A DNA stretch of 64,000 bases, taken from NCBI GenBank assembly GCA_963675595.2, contig CAXXLZ010000001.1, forward strand, positions 608,001 to 672,000, given 5' to 3'. Positions 18,708 through 29,274 of the stretch are shown here, piece by piece (the stretch's first letter is position 1; the number at the start of each line of letters is the position of its first letter). The position numbers and the translations under genes were made by a program. Under the pieces are notes generated by a model. The model saw nothing but the letters and a program-made list of their open reading frames with translations. It did not search any database and was not told where the DNA came from. This stretch comes from Thermodesulfobacteriota bacterium. Its GTDB lineage: Bacteria; Desulfobacterota; Desulfarculia; JACQYL01.

Positions 18708-19544
18708 TCAGGCGGTTTCCAGAAGCGCGTTCCCCAAAACGACCCGTCCGTTTTCAGTTCGGGTTTGTACGATGTAGCGGCCGGCATCTTGCTTCCAGGC
18801 CTCCGTAATCAGTGCGTCTCCGGGAAAAACCACTCCGGTGAAACGGACGGAGAAGGATTTGAACCTTGACGGATCGCCCTGGCAGACACCCTCCAGCAAG
18901 GCCCGACCGGCAAACCCGTAGGTGCACAATCCATGAAGGATGGGACGGTCGAATCCGCCTTTTTTGGCGAAATCCGGTTCGATGTGCAGGGGATTCTTGT
19001 CGCCGGACAAACGATACAACGCGGCCTGGTCGGGAGAGGTGACCTGACGGATGCTCATGACGGGATCCGTGTCTGCCGGAGGTACGAGCTTCTCCGATTT
19101 GGGACCGGGGTCTCCCCCGAAATTGCCCGCGCTCCGGTCGAACAGGGCGGCCAGATTCTCGAACAATACCTCTCCGGTTTCATCCACCGTGGTCACCTGA
19201 AGATTCAGGACGGCCCCTTTTTCCCCTTTGTCGAAGATCGACGTGCATTCGTAGGTGGTCTTCAGCACGCCGGACGTGGGGATTCTCTTGTGCAGGATGA
19301 TTTTCTGTTCGCCGTGAAGCAAGTATTCAAGACGTATGCCCGCTTCCTCCACAAAACGGAAGACACAGTCCATAAGCGGCGCCGCGGCGAATGTGGGAAG
19401 CACTTTCAGATTCTTCTCGTATACGTAGTCGAGCTCGTTTACTCCCGCGCCGATACCCAGCGCGTAAAGAATGACCTTGTCGCGATCATAGGTGAACGTC
19501 ATCGGACCGAACTGCCTGCCGAGCACCTTGAGATTCAGAGACAT
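18708..19544 (-). CDS. MaoC-type (R)-specific enoyl-CoA hydratase (double hotdog, hydratase-2 like)
   Basis: YRLSGDKNPLHIEPDFAK..PILHGLCTYG hydratase-2 motif; LLHGEQ. Confidence 0.9.
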   Translation of the reverse strand: MSLNLKVLGRQFGPMTFTYDRDKVILYALGIGAGVNELDYVYEKNLKVLPTFAAAPLMDCVFRFVEEAGIRLEYLLHGEQKIILHKRIPTSGVLKTTYECTSIFDKGEKGAVLNLQVTTVDETGEVLFENLAALFDRSAGNFGGDPGPKSEKLVPPADTDPVMSIRQVTSPDQAALYRLSGDKNPLHIEPDFAKKGGFDRPILHGLCTYGFAGRALLEGVCQGDPSRFKSFSVRFTGVVFPGDALITEAWKQDAGRYIVQTRTENGRVVLGNALLETA

Positions 19545-19804
19545 AGAGACCTCCAGCATGAAGCGGATTAAGAGTTACATGCGAGAAACCCCGTCGCCGA
19601 GCGGTTGCCTGGAGGACGGTCGGACGATGGGGAAAAGATGAAGGGTCTGGTACGTGAGTCGCCGGCGTAGTTGCAGCAAAAGAAGGAGAAGCTCCACACC
19701 CAAACCCGCCGGACCGGATTCCCGTTGGGTCGATGCCGGACAATCACGTTACTGATAACTATTCACGGGGCGTGCCGCAGAGGGACGCCGTCCCCCCGGA
19801 CCCC

Positions 19805-21189
19805 CATAAGCGCTAACTTAAGCATTGTTTGCTATGCTTCTTTCCGTCTGAGGAATCAGCCGCTGAAGTGCTCGTTTCCTTGGCGGTTCTCGCAAATAAA
19901 AAGATATGTTATCCCAGCCGGCAATGCATTCGGCCAAGCCGAGTTTAGGGTTCACGGCTTGTTTCAGCAGGTGTAACATAAACATGGTCTCTCTCCAGAA
20001 GCATCGATTTCTACGGTGGTTCTTTTTGGAGTGGGTATCCCCAGGGAAAAAAAGATTCGCCTGCGGCGATCATGGCCTCCACTAAGAAAGCCACCAGTAG
20101 TTTCCCATGGATCCAGGCCTTGGCTCCTTCGATGTCGGTCTTTCTAAGATGGCCTAAACCGAGAATGGACTTTAGACGCTTGAAAGCGAGTTCAATTTGC
20201 CATCGACCTCGGTACATCTCGAGGACCTGAGAGGGCGAGATTTCACGGCCCAATGTTGTGAAAACAAATATGTAGGCCGCCGCTTCGAGGGTGTCCGGAG
20301 TAACTTGGCGACCTTTTTTCCTCGCCTCTTTTTCTATCGCTTTACGAGCTTTTTCAGTGGCGTCTTTGCTCTTCTTGATGGCACAGATTCTACCTGGAAC
20401 CAAGCGTTGTTCAAATGGAACGAATGCATCCCACTCGCCAAGCTTATTTACACGTAACGTCCTTAGATGAGGGAGTAATTGGAATCGTTCCCCTTGCTTG
20501 TCCACCATGGCGACACGGTGTTTCATTCGAACCAGGACGTCGCCGCCGTTGTCTATGACATGGTGAATTCCTCTTGGTGTGCAATAGGCTCTATCCGCTA
20601 CAAGAAGTTCACCGCCATGGACTTTGAAATTGGTGAAGGATTCTCCGATCTTGGGGTCTGTTACATAGACTTCGTCGCAGCGCAGCGAAGGCAATTGTAT
20701 GGAATAATGGACCCTCCAAGTCGTTCCGGTACTTCCAGGTTCTTGAATGGTGGAGGCATCGATCAACCTGATGCGTGAATTCTCTCCAAAAACAACGGCG
20801 GGCAGCTTTCGAAACCATTTCTCCATGACCCCTAAGGCCATCCACCGAAACCACTCTCCGCATTTATTCAGTCGTTTTAGGAGAGCTACGTCGGAAATCG
20901 ACGTAATGTTGCCGAACCTGGCTTTGGCCGCCGTCAGCCGAAGTGAGCAACCTTCCGCCAGATGGATCAGAAGCGTTCGCAACAGACCTTCGGCGTCCAC
21001 GAACTTACGGTATCTGACAACGGCACCAAGTTCCCTTGCTTTGGATTGCCAGCCATCGGGAAGAAAACCCTGGAGAACTTCCCAGTCTTCCATTTCCTCG
21101 GAAAAAACGAGACGCTCCATTGCCACCTCCTTTGGCGGCAACGGTACCATAAACCTCACCAAAACAAAAGGCTTAAGTTAGCGCTTATG
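19805..21189 (-). mobile_element. IS4-family insertion sequence, 1385 bp
   Basis: Perfect 19-bp terminal IRs CATAAGCGCTAACTTAAGC (19805-19823 and 21171-21189); 11-bp TSD CCCCGGACCCC (19794-19804 and 21190-21200); lower GC than the flanks. Confidence 0.92.
20011..21120 (-). CDS. IS4-family DDE transposase
   Basis: LIDAS, VADRAY, YRGRWQIELAFKRLK (YREK signature); AAGGAGG RBS before MERLV. Confidence 0.92.
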   Translation of the reverse strand: MERLVFSEEMEDWEVLQGFLPDGWQSKARELGAVVRYRKFVDAEGLLRTLLIHLAEGCSLRLTAAKARFGNITSISDVALLKRLNKCGEWFRWMALGVMEKWFRKLPAVVFGENSRIRLIDASTIQEPGSTGTTWRVHYSIQLPSLRCDEVYVTDPKIGESFTNFKVHGGELLVADRAYCTPRGIHHVIDNGGDVLVRMKHRVAMVDKQGERFQLLPHLRTLRVNKLGEWDAFVPFEQRLVPGRICAIKKSKDATEKARKAIEKEARKKGRQVTPDTLEAAAYIFVFTTLGREISPSQVLEMYRGRWQIELAFKRLKSILGLGHLRKTDIEGAKAWIHGKLLVAFLVEAMIAAGESFFPWGYPLQKEPP

Positions 21190-21367
21190 CCCCGGACCCC
21201 CGTTGCGCTTTTGCAGATCGCGCGCGCGATTCACAAGACGAGCAGCATGTGCCGTCCAACGTATCAAAGCACTTGAAATTTGGGAAGGAGCCGGAGGGAA
21301 CCCTTTTTTCAAAATGGGTTCCCTCGGATACCCCTCTGAATGCTCACCGTTATTGCACTGAACAGAC

Positions 21368-22618
21368 TCAACGGAAGTACTTCCCGACGAAGTTGTTGAG
21401 CTTATCTTGGGGCAGCTCCGAGGCTTCGATGCGCTCGGCGACTTCGGACCGTACCCTGTCGGCGTCATGGTAGCTCAGCATGCGGAGGAGCTTGTCCTCG
21501 TGCCGGATCCCCAACGACTCCCCCATCAAGGTGATGATGGATTCCACTCTTATGGGCAGGTTGGGACGTTCCGTGGCAAAGACCGATTGGCAACCGGGGC
21601 AGTAAAGGGCCAGGATATCCGCTCCGGTTTGCAGCCCCTGCTCGAGACGCGCGGTCCGGAAATCGACGCCCGGCTTGCCCACCGCGGCCATGGCGGACCC
21701 TCCGCAGCACAGGCCTTTCTCTAAAGAGTCCTTCATCTCAATGATCTTGACCCCGGGAATGGCCTTCAGAAGCGCTCGGGGAGATTCGAGGTCCGGCTTC
21801 TCACCTCGGACCAGATGACAGGCGTCGTGAACCGTGACCGTAGCGTCCACGGGAGCGAAGGGGCCGAACTTGTCGAGATGTTCCGCCAGAAATCCGGTGA
21901 CGAATTTTCCCGTCCATTTCGTGCCGGGGTTGTGCAGGTCGAAAAACGCCTTGCAAGTGGGACACAAAAAGACCACGTTTTCGGGTGAAAAGGCATTAAG
22001 GCCCTCCACCAAATGAGCGAAACGGTCGCTGCTCGCCCGGGGATCGCCCGCGCGAAGGTCGGTATCTCCACAGCAGTAGTCCACGCCACCCAAAGCCTGG
22101 ACCGTGGGGTCCGCCCTCCGCATCAAATCCAATGTGGTCATGACCAGATCGGGTTGCATGATGCCGGTGCAGCCCGTGAACAGCACCGTTTTCGAAGGTT
22201 TCGGAGGCTGTCGGGTCACATTGGTCGTCCAAGGCCTTTCCGAAGGCGCCTGTTGCACCGCCTCCACGGCTTTCATGAAGTTGAAGGCATTGGAGGGCAA
22301 CAAGAAGGCAAGACCTCGAGGCACGGGCTCTCCGGCTTGGCGGAGAATGCCGCGCGCCAAGGACAAACCGAGCCCGGGATCAAGGCCTTCGGGACAGTGG
22401 GAGCGACACGTGGCGCAGCTCATGCACGAATAGATGCGCATTCCGGCTTGAGTGGTTGCGGCTTCACCGCGAAACACATCGAGGACGGAACTCATGATTT
22501 CACCCGGTTCCATTCCCTTCAGATCCGTCATGGGCACGATGGGACAAACATCCACGCAAATACCACAAGCGGTGCATTTTTCCGCGAAGTTCCTTCCTTC
22601 CCCGTTGAAGTCGAACAT
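21368..22618 (-). CDS. Fe-S oxidoreductase with 2x[4Fe-4S] and two CCG domains (HdrD/GlcF-like)
   Basis: CTACGICVDVCP, CMSCATCRSHCP, FTGC, YCCG, CPTC, HDACH, LCCGG, CPGC. Confidence 0.88.
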   Translation of the reverse strand: MFDFNGEGRNFAEKCTACGICVDVCPIVPMTDLKGMEPGEIMSSVLDVFRGEAATTQAGMRIYSCMSCATCRSHCPEGLDPGLGLSLARGILRQAGEPVPRGLAFLLPSNAFNFMKAVEAVQQAPSERPWTTNVTRQPPKPSKTVLFTGCTGIMQPDLVMTTLDLMRRADPTVQALGGVDYCCGDTDLRAGDPRASSDRFAHLVEGLNAFSPENVVFLCPTCKAFFDLHNPGTKWTGKFVTGFLAEHLDKFGPFAPVDATVTVHDACHLVRGEKPDLESPRALLKAIPGVKIIEMKDSLEKGLCCGGSAMAAVGKPGVDFRTARLEQGLQTGADILALYCPGCQSVFATERPNLPIRVESIITLMGESLGIRHEDKLLRMLSYHDADRVRSEVAERIEASELPQDKLNNFVGKYFR

Positions 22619-22673
22619 TGGACACCTTTCTTGAATGGATTATTGGGAATGCCGTTGTTGCCGTCGGAGTGGG

Positions 22674-24263
22674 TCAACCCTTAGGAAGCATGACCGTGAA
22701 AACCGAACCCACGCCGGTTTCGCTCGATACGAAAACACGTCCCCCGTGGCCTCTGACAACCGCCTCCACCCCGGCCAGGCCGAGGCCGTATCCTTCCGGC
22801 GTCTCCGGAGCGTCTCCACGGTAAAACATGTCGAACACGTAATTCAGGTCTTCCGGCGCGATACCCACGCCTTGGTCGGCGACCCGGACCACCACCTCCT
22901 TCTCGGTTTCCAAAGCCTCGAGGACTACTCGGGTACCCGGAGGAGAATACTTGAGGGCGTTGTCCAGAAGATTGTTGAACACTCGTCTGAGCCGGTTCAC
23001 GTCGGCTTTGATGGTGGGTAGAGGTTTCGGATTCCTGAGCTCCAGGTCGATTCCCGAATCCAGGAAACGAGGATGATAGGTTTCCACCAGCTCGACAAAC
23101 TCTTTGTGCAGGTCGGCGACTCCGAAGTTCAGCCGCAGGCTTCCGATCTGCAGCCTGGAGAAGTCCAGAAAATCGTTGATCAACGCTTCGAGCTTGGCGG
23201 ACTCTCTTCGGATGATTTCCAGGTACTGCCTGCGCTGTTCCGGGGACAGCTCGTCGTAACGGGTAACGAGACGAACGGCGAATCCCTGAATTCCAACCAG
23301 AGGGGATTTCATATCGTGAGCGAACATGGAGACCATATTCGCCCTCTCCCGTTCCAGAGTTCTGAGGCGGCTGATATCCTGGAAGACCTCAACTACGCCG
23401 ATGAGTTCACCCGAGGCGTTCACCAGCCTCGCAGTGCTCAATCTCACGGGGATTCGGCCCCGGCCTTTGGAGTGCACGGTGGTTTCTATGGGGCGCAGCC
23501 GCTCGTGTCCTTCAGGCGCGTACCTGATGGGGCATCCGGACTCGCAAATTCCGGCTCCCAAAGCCTGGTCGCAGGTTTGTCCCAAGAGCTCCTCCACAGT
23601 GACACCCGTGATGCGTTCTCCTTCGGCGTTCAACCCCGTGACTCGCAGATCGGCGTCCAGGGTCAGGACCCCCACGGGAAGGCTGTGAAGCACGGTTTGG
23701 TATTTTTCCGCCGATTCCCGAAGTTCGATTTCCAGTTTCTTCTGCGGGGTGATGTCCCGAATGGATTCGATGGCCCCGACGACATTGCCCTTGGAATCGA
23801 ACAAGGGAGAGGCTTTGGCCCACACGTAGGTTCCTTCGGGCCCCAGGCTCGGGATGTACACTTCGGTGGTCAAAGTGAAGCCGTTGCGGCTGATGTAGGG
23901 GTAACGCAATGCCGCCTCGTCGCTCCATGCAATGGCCAAGTCCACCAGAACCGGCCTTCTTCGTCCCCAAAAAGGCAGCGCGTATTCGTGGTCTCCTTTG
24001 CCCACTATGAGATGAGCCGGAACACCTGAGAAATCTTCCATGGCTCGATTCCAGATGATGACTTCGCCGCGCGGGTTGACGGCGAAAGTGGGGTCGGGGA
24101 GGAAGTCGATGATGTCGAGTAAGCGGGTTTCGGAATCTCTCAAAGCGGTTTCCACCTGTTCAAGACGGTGAATCCGCGCCTCGAGCTCTTCGGTCTTTTC
24201 CGCAGACGTGTCGGTCACACGGTCGTGAACGGTCCGATATTCGTCCTTCTTGTCGCCCCTCAT
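22674..24263 (-). CDS. Cytoplasmic PAS-PAS sensor histidine kinase
   Basis: Two PAS/PAC domains (one with CESGCP), FAHDMKSPL H-box, NLLDNALKYS, DQGVGI, GYGLGL. Confidence 0.9.
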   Translation of the reverse strand: MRGDKKDEYRTVHDRVTDTSAEKTEELEARIHRLEQVETALRDSETRLLDIIDFLPDPTFAVNPRGEVIIWNRAMEDFSGVPAHLIVGKGDHEYALPFWGRRRPVLVDLAIAWSDEAALRYPYISRNGFTLTTEVYIPSLGPEGTYVWAKASPLFDSKGNVVGAIESIRDITPQKKLEIELRESAEKYQTVLHSLPVGVLTLDADLRVTGLNAEGERITGVTVEELLGQTCDQALGAGICESGCPIRYAPEGHERLRPIETTVHSKGRGRIPVRLSTARLVNASGELIGVVEVFQDISRLRTLERERANMVSMFAHDMKSPLVGIQGFAVRLVTRYDELSPEQRRQYLEIIRRESAKLEALINDFLDFSRLQIGSLRLNFGVADLHKEFVELVETYHPRFLDSGIDLELRNPKPLPTIKADVNRLRRVFNNLLDNALKYSPPGTRVVLEALETEKEVVVRVADQGVGIAPEDLNYVFDMFYRGDAPETPEGYGLGLAGVEAVVRGHGGRVFVSSETGVGSVFTVMLPKG

Positions 24264-24466
24264 TTGGGTACTCCCAGGATGCCCGTCCCGAACCCTCGAT
24301 GCTCTCAACGGCGCACGCCGGTTGAGGGCGTCTTTTCAACGCCCGCCATGGAGCCTTTCGGTATTCCAGCCTCTAACGCGTCTGCTTGGACGGTGTTCAC
24401 ATCCACTCGTAGGAGCCGATGTTTCGCTACACCGGGAGACCGCTTCCTTGAAACGAGTCCGTGCGG

Positions 24467-25786
24467 TCACTCGGTTGAAATTCCGTCCCTCTCCAGGTCC
24501 TCCGTTTCGGCTGGTCTGGAAACGCTGCCTTCGGGAAATTCGTACCATCCCGGATCTTCATAGCCGGATACGGTCTGTCTCACCTTGAGAACCGAGGTCA
24601 TGCCCCCCATGTCGATATATCCGAATTGGCCGGGCATGCCAAGCATGGGAATGGCGTTTTCAGGCAATCTCATGCGCATTCCCGCCATCTCTCCCATACC
24701 GGCCTTACCCATAGGCATATACTCGGGCAAGAGACGGCGGATGCGTTCGTCGAGCCCGGCGGTGTCGACCCCGATCATGTTCGGCAGCCCGTGACCCATC
24801 TGATTCATCATATGATGCGTCATGTGGCAGTGCATCAGCCAGTCTCCGGGATTGTCCGCAAGGAATTCGACGACCCGCACGCTGCCCACGGGAACCAATA
24901 CCGTGGTCTCGGGCCATTGGGCCGACTCGGGGATCTGACCGCCGTCGGTTTCCACAACCTTGAATGCATATCCATGGAGGTGAATGGGATGGTGGCTCAT
25001 GGCGCTCAGATTTCCGATACGGATACGCACTCGATCGCCGATTTGGGCCACCAGGGGATGGGTGCCCGGGAAAGCCTTGCCGTTGATGGTGAGTACGTTG
25101 AAATCGACCATTTCAAGAGTGTACGGTGTGCTGGTGCCGGGAACGATCTTCCACTCGTGAAGCATCAGGGAAAAATCACGCTCCGGTCGCGCGGTCCCGG
25201 CGTCCCTCGGATGAACCACAATCATGCCGGTAAGCCCCATGGCCTCCTGGGTCATGGAATCGAAGTGGGGGTGGTACATGAAAGTGCCGTGGTGCGGAAA
25301 AATGAAATCGTAGAGGAAGGTTTCTCCGGGTTTGATGGGAGGCTGAGTGAGCCCGGTCACTCCGTCCATGCCGCTGGGTAGGAGAACTCCGTGCCAGTGG
25401 ACGGTTGTGGGCGCGGGAAGCTTGTTGGTGACGTAAATGCGTACCCGATCTCCTTCCACCAACTCGATAACGGGTCCGGGAACGCTTCCGTTATAGGCCC
25501 AGGTTTTGACCACAAGACCCGGAGCGATTTCATGCCGGACGGGCTTCGCAGTCAAATGAAACACCTTGACGCCCTCGGAGATTCGATAGGGAAGGGTGGT
25601 TCCGTTCGGCACGAAGACCGGTGCGTAATCGCGCCCGATTGCGCCCGGCGGATAGACGTTCCGCTCAGCCTCCGCCCAGGGAACTTCGGGTTGGCCGGTT
25701 TGACCGGCCGTTGGCGGATCGCTTATGAGGACGGTGGCGAAGAGGATGGAAACGGTACAAATGATCTTTCGGAAAACAGGGGGCAT
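24467..25786 (-). CDS. Multicopper oxidase (two-domain, copper-resistance type) with Met-rich tail
   Basis: VHWHG, MYHPH, HPIHLHG, WLMHCHMTHHMM copper ligands; signal peptide. Confidence 0.9.
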   Translation of the reverse strand: MPPVFRKIICTVSILFATVLISDPPTAGQTGQPEVPWAEAERNVYPPGAIGRDYAPVFVPNGTTLPYRISEGVKVFHLTAKPVRHEIAPGLVVKTWAYNGSVPGPVIELVEGDRVRIYVTNKLPAPTTVHWHGVLLPSGMDGVTGLTQPPIKPGETFLYDFIFPHHGTFMYHPHFDSMTQEAMGLTGMIVVHPRDAGTARPERDFSLMLHEWKIVPGTSTPYTLEMVDFNVLTINGKAFPGTHPLVAQIGDRVRIRIGNLSAMSHHPIHLHGYAFKVVETDGGQIPESAQWPETTVLVPVGSVRVVEFLADNPGDWLMHCHMTHHMMNQMGHGLPNMIGVDTAGLDERIRRLLPEYMPMGKAGMGEMAGMRMRLPENAIPMLGMPGQFGYIDMGGMTSVLKVRQTVSGYEDPGWYEFPEGSVSRPAETEDLERDGISTE

Positions 25787-25861
25787 GGGCAGCCTCCGGC
25801 AGTTGTCGGTTAAGGCGTCGGAATCGCCGACGGCCGGTCGTCTACTCAGCGATCCGGCGGG

Positions 25862-27277
25862 TCAATGGCCGTCGCCCGCTGAGATCATGGCGGGGGAATC
25901 CATGGGAGCGCCGGACACGGCCATGGGCGCCGTGTCCGCTCTTCCACCGTTGAGTATCTGGTCCAGTTCCGTCCGTGCGGCCCAATAAAGGAACAACTCG
26001 TCCACGGCTTTCCTCCGGGCGTCGATTTCACGCCGCTTGGCTTCCAGAAGCTGAAATACGCCCACGAGCATGCCGTTGTACCGAATCTGAGTTCGATCAC
26101 GTATTCGTCGACTGAGGGGTACGATGACCTGTGTTGCGTACAGGACCCGGTCCCTAGCGGCTCGAGTACGGAAATAGGCTGCGCGCAGAGCGCTCCGGAT
26201 CCGACCTGCCAAGGCTTCATATTCTTTGACACGCTTCCGGAGCTCGAAACGAGCGGCCGCCCTGCCGGCTTGACCTTGATTGAACAGGGGGATGGGTAGG
26301 GAAACCGCCGGTCCCACGGCCCATTCGCCGTCGGGCTACCGTTCGGCGGCCACGCCGATCTCCAGATGGGGCAGAATGGAAGTCACATCCGCGATGCCCA
26401 GGCGTCGGGATGCGATTTCCACCTGTTTTCGAGCAACGGCCAGTTGAAGACTGCCCGTCAGTGCCTTCTCGTACAAGCCTTGGCTCTCGGGCTCGGACTC
26501 GGGAAGTTCGGGGAGAGTACCGGCCGCCTGCCAGGTGACCTCCTCACCCCACAGCCCCATGAGGCGGTTTAATCGTTCACGGCTCTCGTAGGTGATGATC
26601 TCGCGCGCGTGAACCGCCATTTTCAGTTCCTCATAGACCGCACGCTGCTCCAAGAAATCGAGTTCGGTCATATTGCCGGCTCGGCGGATGCGTGCGGCCA
26701 TTTCATAGGAAATTTCAACCGCTTCCAGCTCCGTTTTCAGCATCTCAAGAATTTGCAGGTCCGCCTGATGTCGAAAAAAGGCGGTTCTCACCCGCAAAGC
26801 GAGGTCCATGATTTTGGAGGAAACGACGGCTCCGGCGACATTGAGTTCAGTCCGTGCAAGGTCCGTCTTTCTCCCGATCATGAGCAGCCCCACCACATCT
26901 TCCAACAGGGCCATCTCCACAATTTCGCCCTCACCGGCTTCCACGAACTTCACGTCCGCCTCGAATTGGGGATTGGGAGGCAACATGGCCTGAACCAACG
27001 AGGCTCTGGAAATACCCAGATCGTAGTACGATGCCTGGAGATCGGGATTGTTCAACAGCGCGATGCGTACCGCGGAATCCGGGGTGAGAGGCTGTGACAA
27101 CAGTGAAGTGAGTTTTTCGGCGGTTTGGTCGCCTTCATTCCATGCGACGTCGTACCCCGCGCGATCATGCACGTCCCGACGGACTTCCTCGAAGTCGGCA
27201 CGATCGTTTAGGGGCGCGCAGGCCGGAAACAAGGGAAGGCAAAGCCAGACGATGAGGATCCGCATTCCATACTTCAT
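25862..27277 (-). pseudogene. TolC-family outer-membrane lipoprotein of the copper cluster, split by an in-frame TAG
   Basis: ORFs 26336-27277 and 25862-26317 are in the same frame: ..GVAAER*PDGEWAVGPAVSLPIPLFNQG..; lipobox FPAC; AVRIALLNNPDLQA. Confidence 0.8.
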
Positions 27278-27445
27278 TCCGATTCCTTTCGCGCCGATTG
27301 TTCATGAAGAAAAGGAGGCATCCGGCACGGGACCCACGCGCCGGCGACTCCCGAAATCTTATCGGACGGTTCTCGAGTGAAGAATCGGGCGGCGGACTTC
27401 TCTGCGAGTGGTGCCGACGGGGCCGACAACGGCCTCTTATCGACA

Positions 27446-27778
27446 TCAGTGTTCATGATGCATGTGCCCGGGGACCGATTCCTGTTGCTTTTCCAGCGGG
27501 CCTTCCGAGGACGGCTCCATAGGCGAACGGTGTTCTCCGCGGTGAGAGCCTGCGGCCGGCGAGCCGTGATCGCCGTGAGACATGCCGGGCTCGTGTTCTT
27601 GAAATAGGACCGGCTCGCTTATGGCAAGGGTGTCCGGAGGAGCGGGAAGAGGAAACGAGAGACCGGGATTCGCCGGATGGTGGGCCGACGTATCCGCCGG
27701 TGTAGAGGGCGTGGTGCAGGCCGCCGGAAAGCAAATCAGGAGGGAGAAAGCCAAGGCTTTGAACAAGACCGAAACCAT
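27446..27778 (-). CDS. His/Met-rich small lipoprotein (putative metal-binding)
   Basis: Lipobox PAAC, HHPANP, C-terminal HMHHEH; first gene of the TolC/multicopper oxidase cluster. Confidence 0.65.
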   Translation of the reverse strand: MVSVLFKALAFSLLICFPAACTTPSTPADTSAHHPANPGLSFPLPAPPDTLAISEPVLFQEHEPGMSHGDHGSPAAGSHRGEHRSPMEPSSEGPLEKQQESVPGHMHHEH

Positions 27779-28150
27779 GGGGTCCTCACTGTTCCCTTGG
27801 AGAAATATGTAAATGTCCTTTCGTTTGTGGAACCAGTATATCCCAAAAGGCGGCCGCCCTCAAAACGGAATTCCCGCCGGCATGGGCGAGGTTGAGGCCG
27901 GCATGCCTCCAGGACAAGAGTTTGGATTTACACAAACCGATGGAGAGAAGTGCATTCGGCTGAGTGGACCGGAAACCCGTAGGGTGGTTTTATTCCTCGT
28001 CCGGGGAGCGGAAGGGGAAAAATGACGGAATCTCCCTATTGTACGAGACTGGAGGGTGTTGTAGGGTAAGGGAGTTTTCTGTTCCAACAGGCGGTCCCCT
28101 TTTTTCCCAAGGGCGCGATTCTTCCACAAAGCATTGAACTGCGGGATGTC

Positions 28151-29086
28151 ATGGCGAACATATTGATTACGGGCGGCTGCGGTTTCATCGGTTCACATCT
28201 AGCGGAGCATCTGCTGGAAGCAGGCCACACCATACGTGTCTTCGACGATCTTTCCTCCGGTCGCATGGAGAATCTCCCACAAGGACCCGGGCGGCCCTAC
28301 GTTGTCATCGGAGACGTGAGGGACCGAGATCGCCTGGCCGAAAACATGGAGAATGTAGAATATGTATGCCATCTGGCGGCCATGGTCTTCGTTCCCGAAA
28401 CCATTGAGCGTCCACTGGAAGCTCACGATATCAACATGAGAGGCACTTTGAACGTATTGGAGACCGCGCGGGAAAAGGGGGTCAAGCGAGTGGTGCTGGC
28501 AGGCTCCGCCGCTGTGTATGGTTCCGATCCGGAATTGCCCAAAGTCGAAAGCATGCCGCCCAAAGCGGAGTCCCCCTATGCGGTGACCAAACTGGGCGGA
28601 GAAATCTACGCGAGACTGTATTCCGAGCTGTACCACCTGGAAACCGTATCTTTAAGGTTTTTCAATGTATTCGGACCTCGCCAGAATCCGCATTCCGTGT
28701 ATTCCGGGGTCATCTCCCGGTTCGTCCATCAGTTGACCGCGGGGGAGGCGTCGACCATATTCGGCGACGGTCTTCAGACTCGTGATTTCGTCTACGTAAA
28801 AGACGTGGTTCGGGCTGTTGAGCTGGCCATGACCTCTCCCAATGTGGGAGCGGGCGAAGTCGTCAACGTGGCCCGAGGAAGCTCGATCAGCGTTCTGGAA
28901 CTGTTTCGGATGCTGGCGGGCCTCATGGGCGGCTCCGTCGAACCCCGGTTCGCACCGGGCCGTCAGGGCGAAGTTCGTCATTCCATGGCCGACATCGGCC
29001 TTGCCCGACGCCTGCTTGCCTACGAACCGGAATTCGGGCTCAAACAGGGACTAGAGGCCTTGCTGGCGGGCGAGAAAGGAGTTTGA
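28151..29086 (+). CDS. NAD-dependent nucleotide-sugar epimerase/dehydratase (GalE/WbpP-like)
   Basis: ITGGCGFIGSHL, SPYAVTK (YxxxK), RFFNVFGPRQ, QTRDFVYV. Confidence 0.9.
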   Translation: MANILITGGCGFIGSHLAEHLLEAGHTIRVFDDLSSGRMENLPQGPGRPYVVIGDVRDRDRLAENMENVEYVCHLAAMVFVPETIERPLEAHDINMRGTLNVLETAREKGVKRVVLAGSAAVYGSDPELPKVESMPPKAESPYAVTKLGGEIYARLYSELYHLETVSLRFFNVFGPRQNPHSVYSGVISRFVHQLTAGEASTIFGDGLQTRDFVYVKDVVRAVELAMTSPNVGAGEVVNVARGSSISVLELFRMLAGLMGGSVEPRFAPGRQGEVRHSMADIGLARRLLAYEPEFGLKQGLEALLAGEKGV

Positions 29087-29274
29087 AAAACGGTGCGAGG
29101 GAGCAAATCATGAGACCGGCTGCGATCGGAACCATACTCGTTCAAAGTACGGATCCGGACACCTCGGATTGCCGGACGGGAGGAACCCAGCAGTGTGATT
29201 GCATCGAACTTTTCAATTTATATTTACAGTATAGATAGATTCTTTAAATAGAAGTGCCCCCGAACGCCCCTATC

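Larger units (their letters stand above)
19755..21347. repeat. Palindromic repeat copy interrupted by the IS
   Basis: 19755-19804 plus 21201-21347 reconstitute a reverse copy of the 4122-4350 element (ATTCACGGGG...TGAATGCTCAC). Confidence 0.8.

Noticed and set aside
26336-26338. Genome-wide TAG reassignment
   Set aside because: Several intact genes in the window end in TAG at their expected C-termini.
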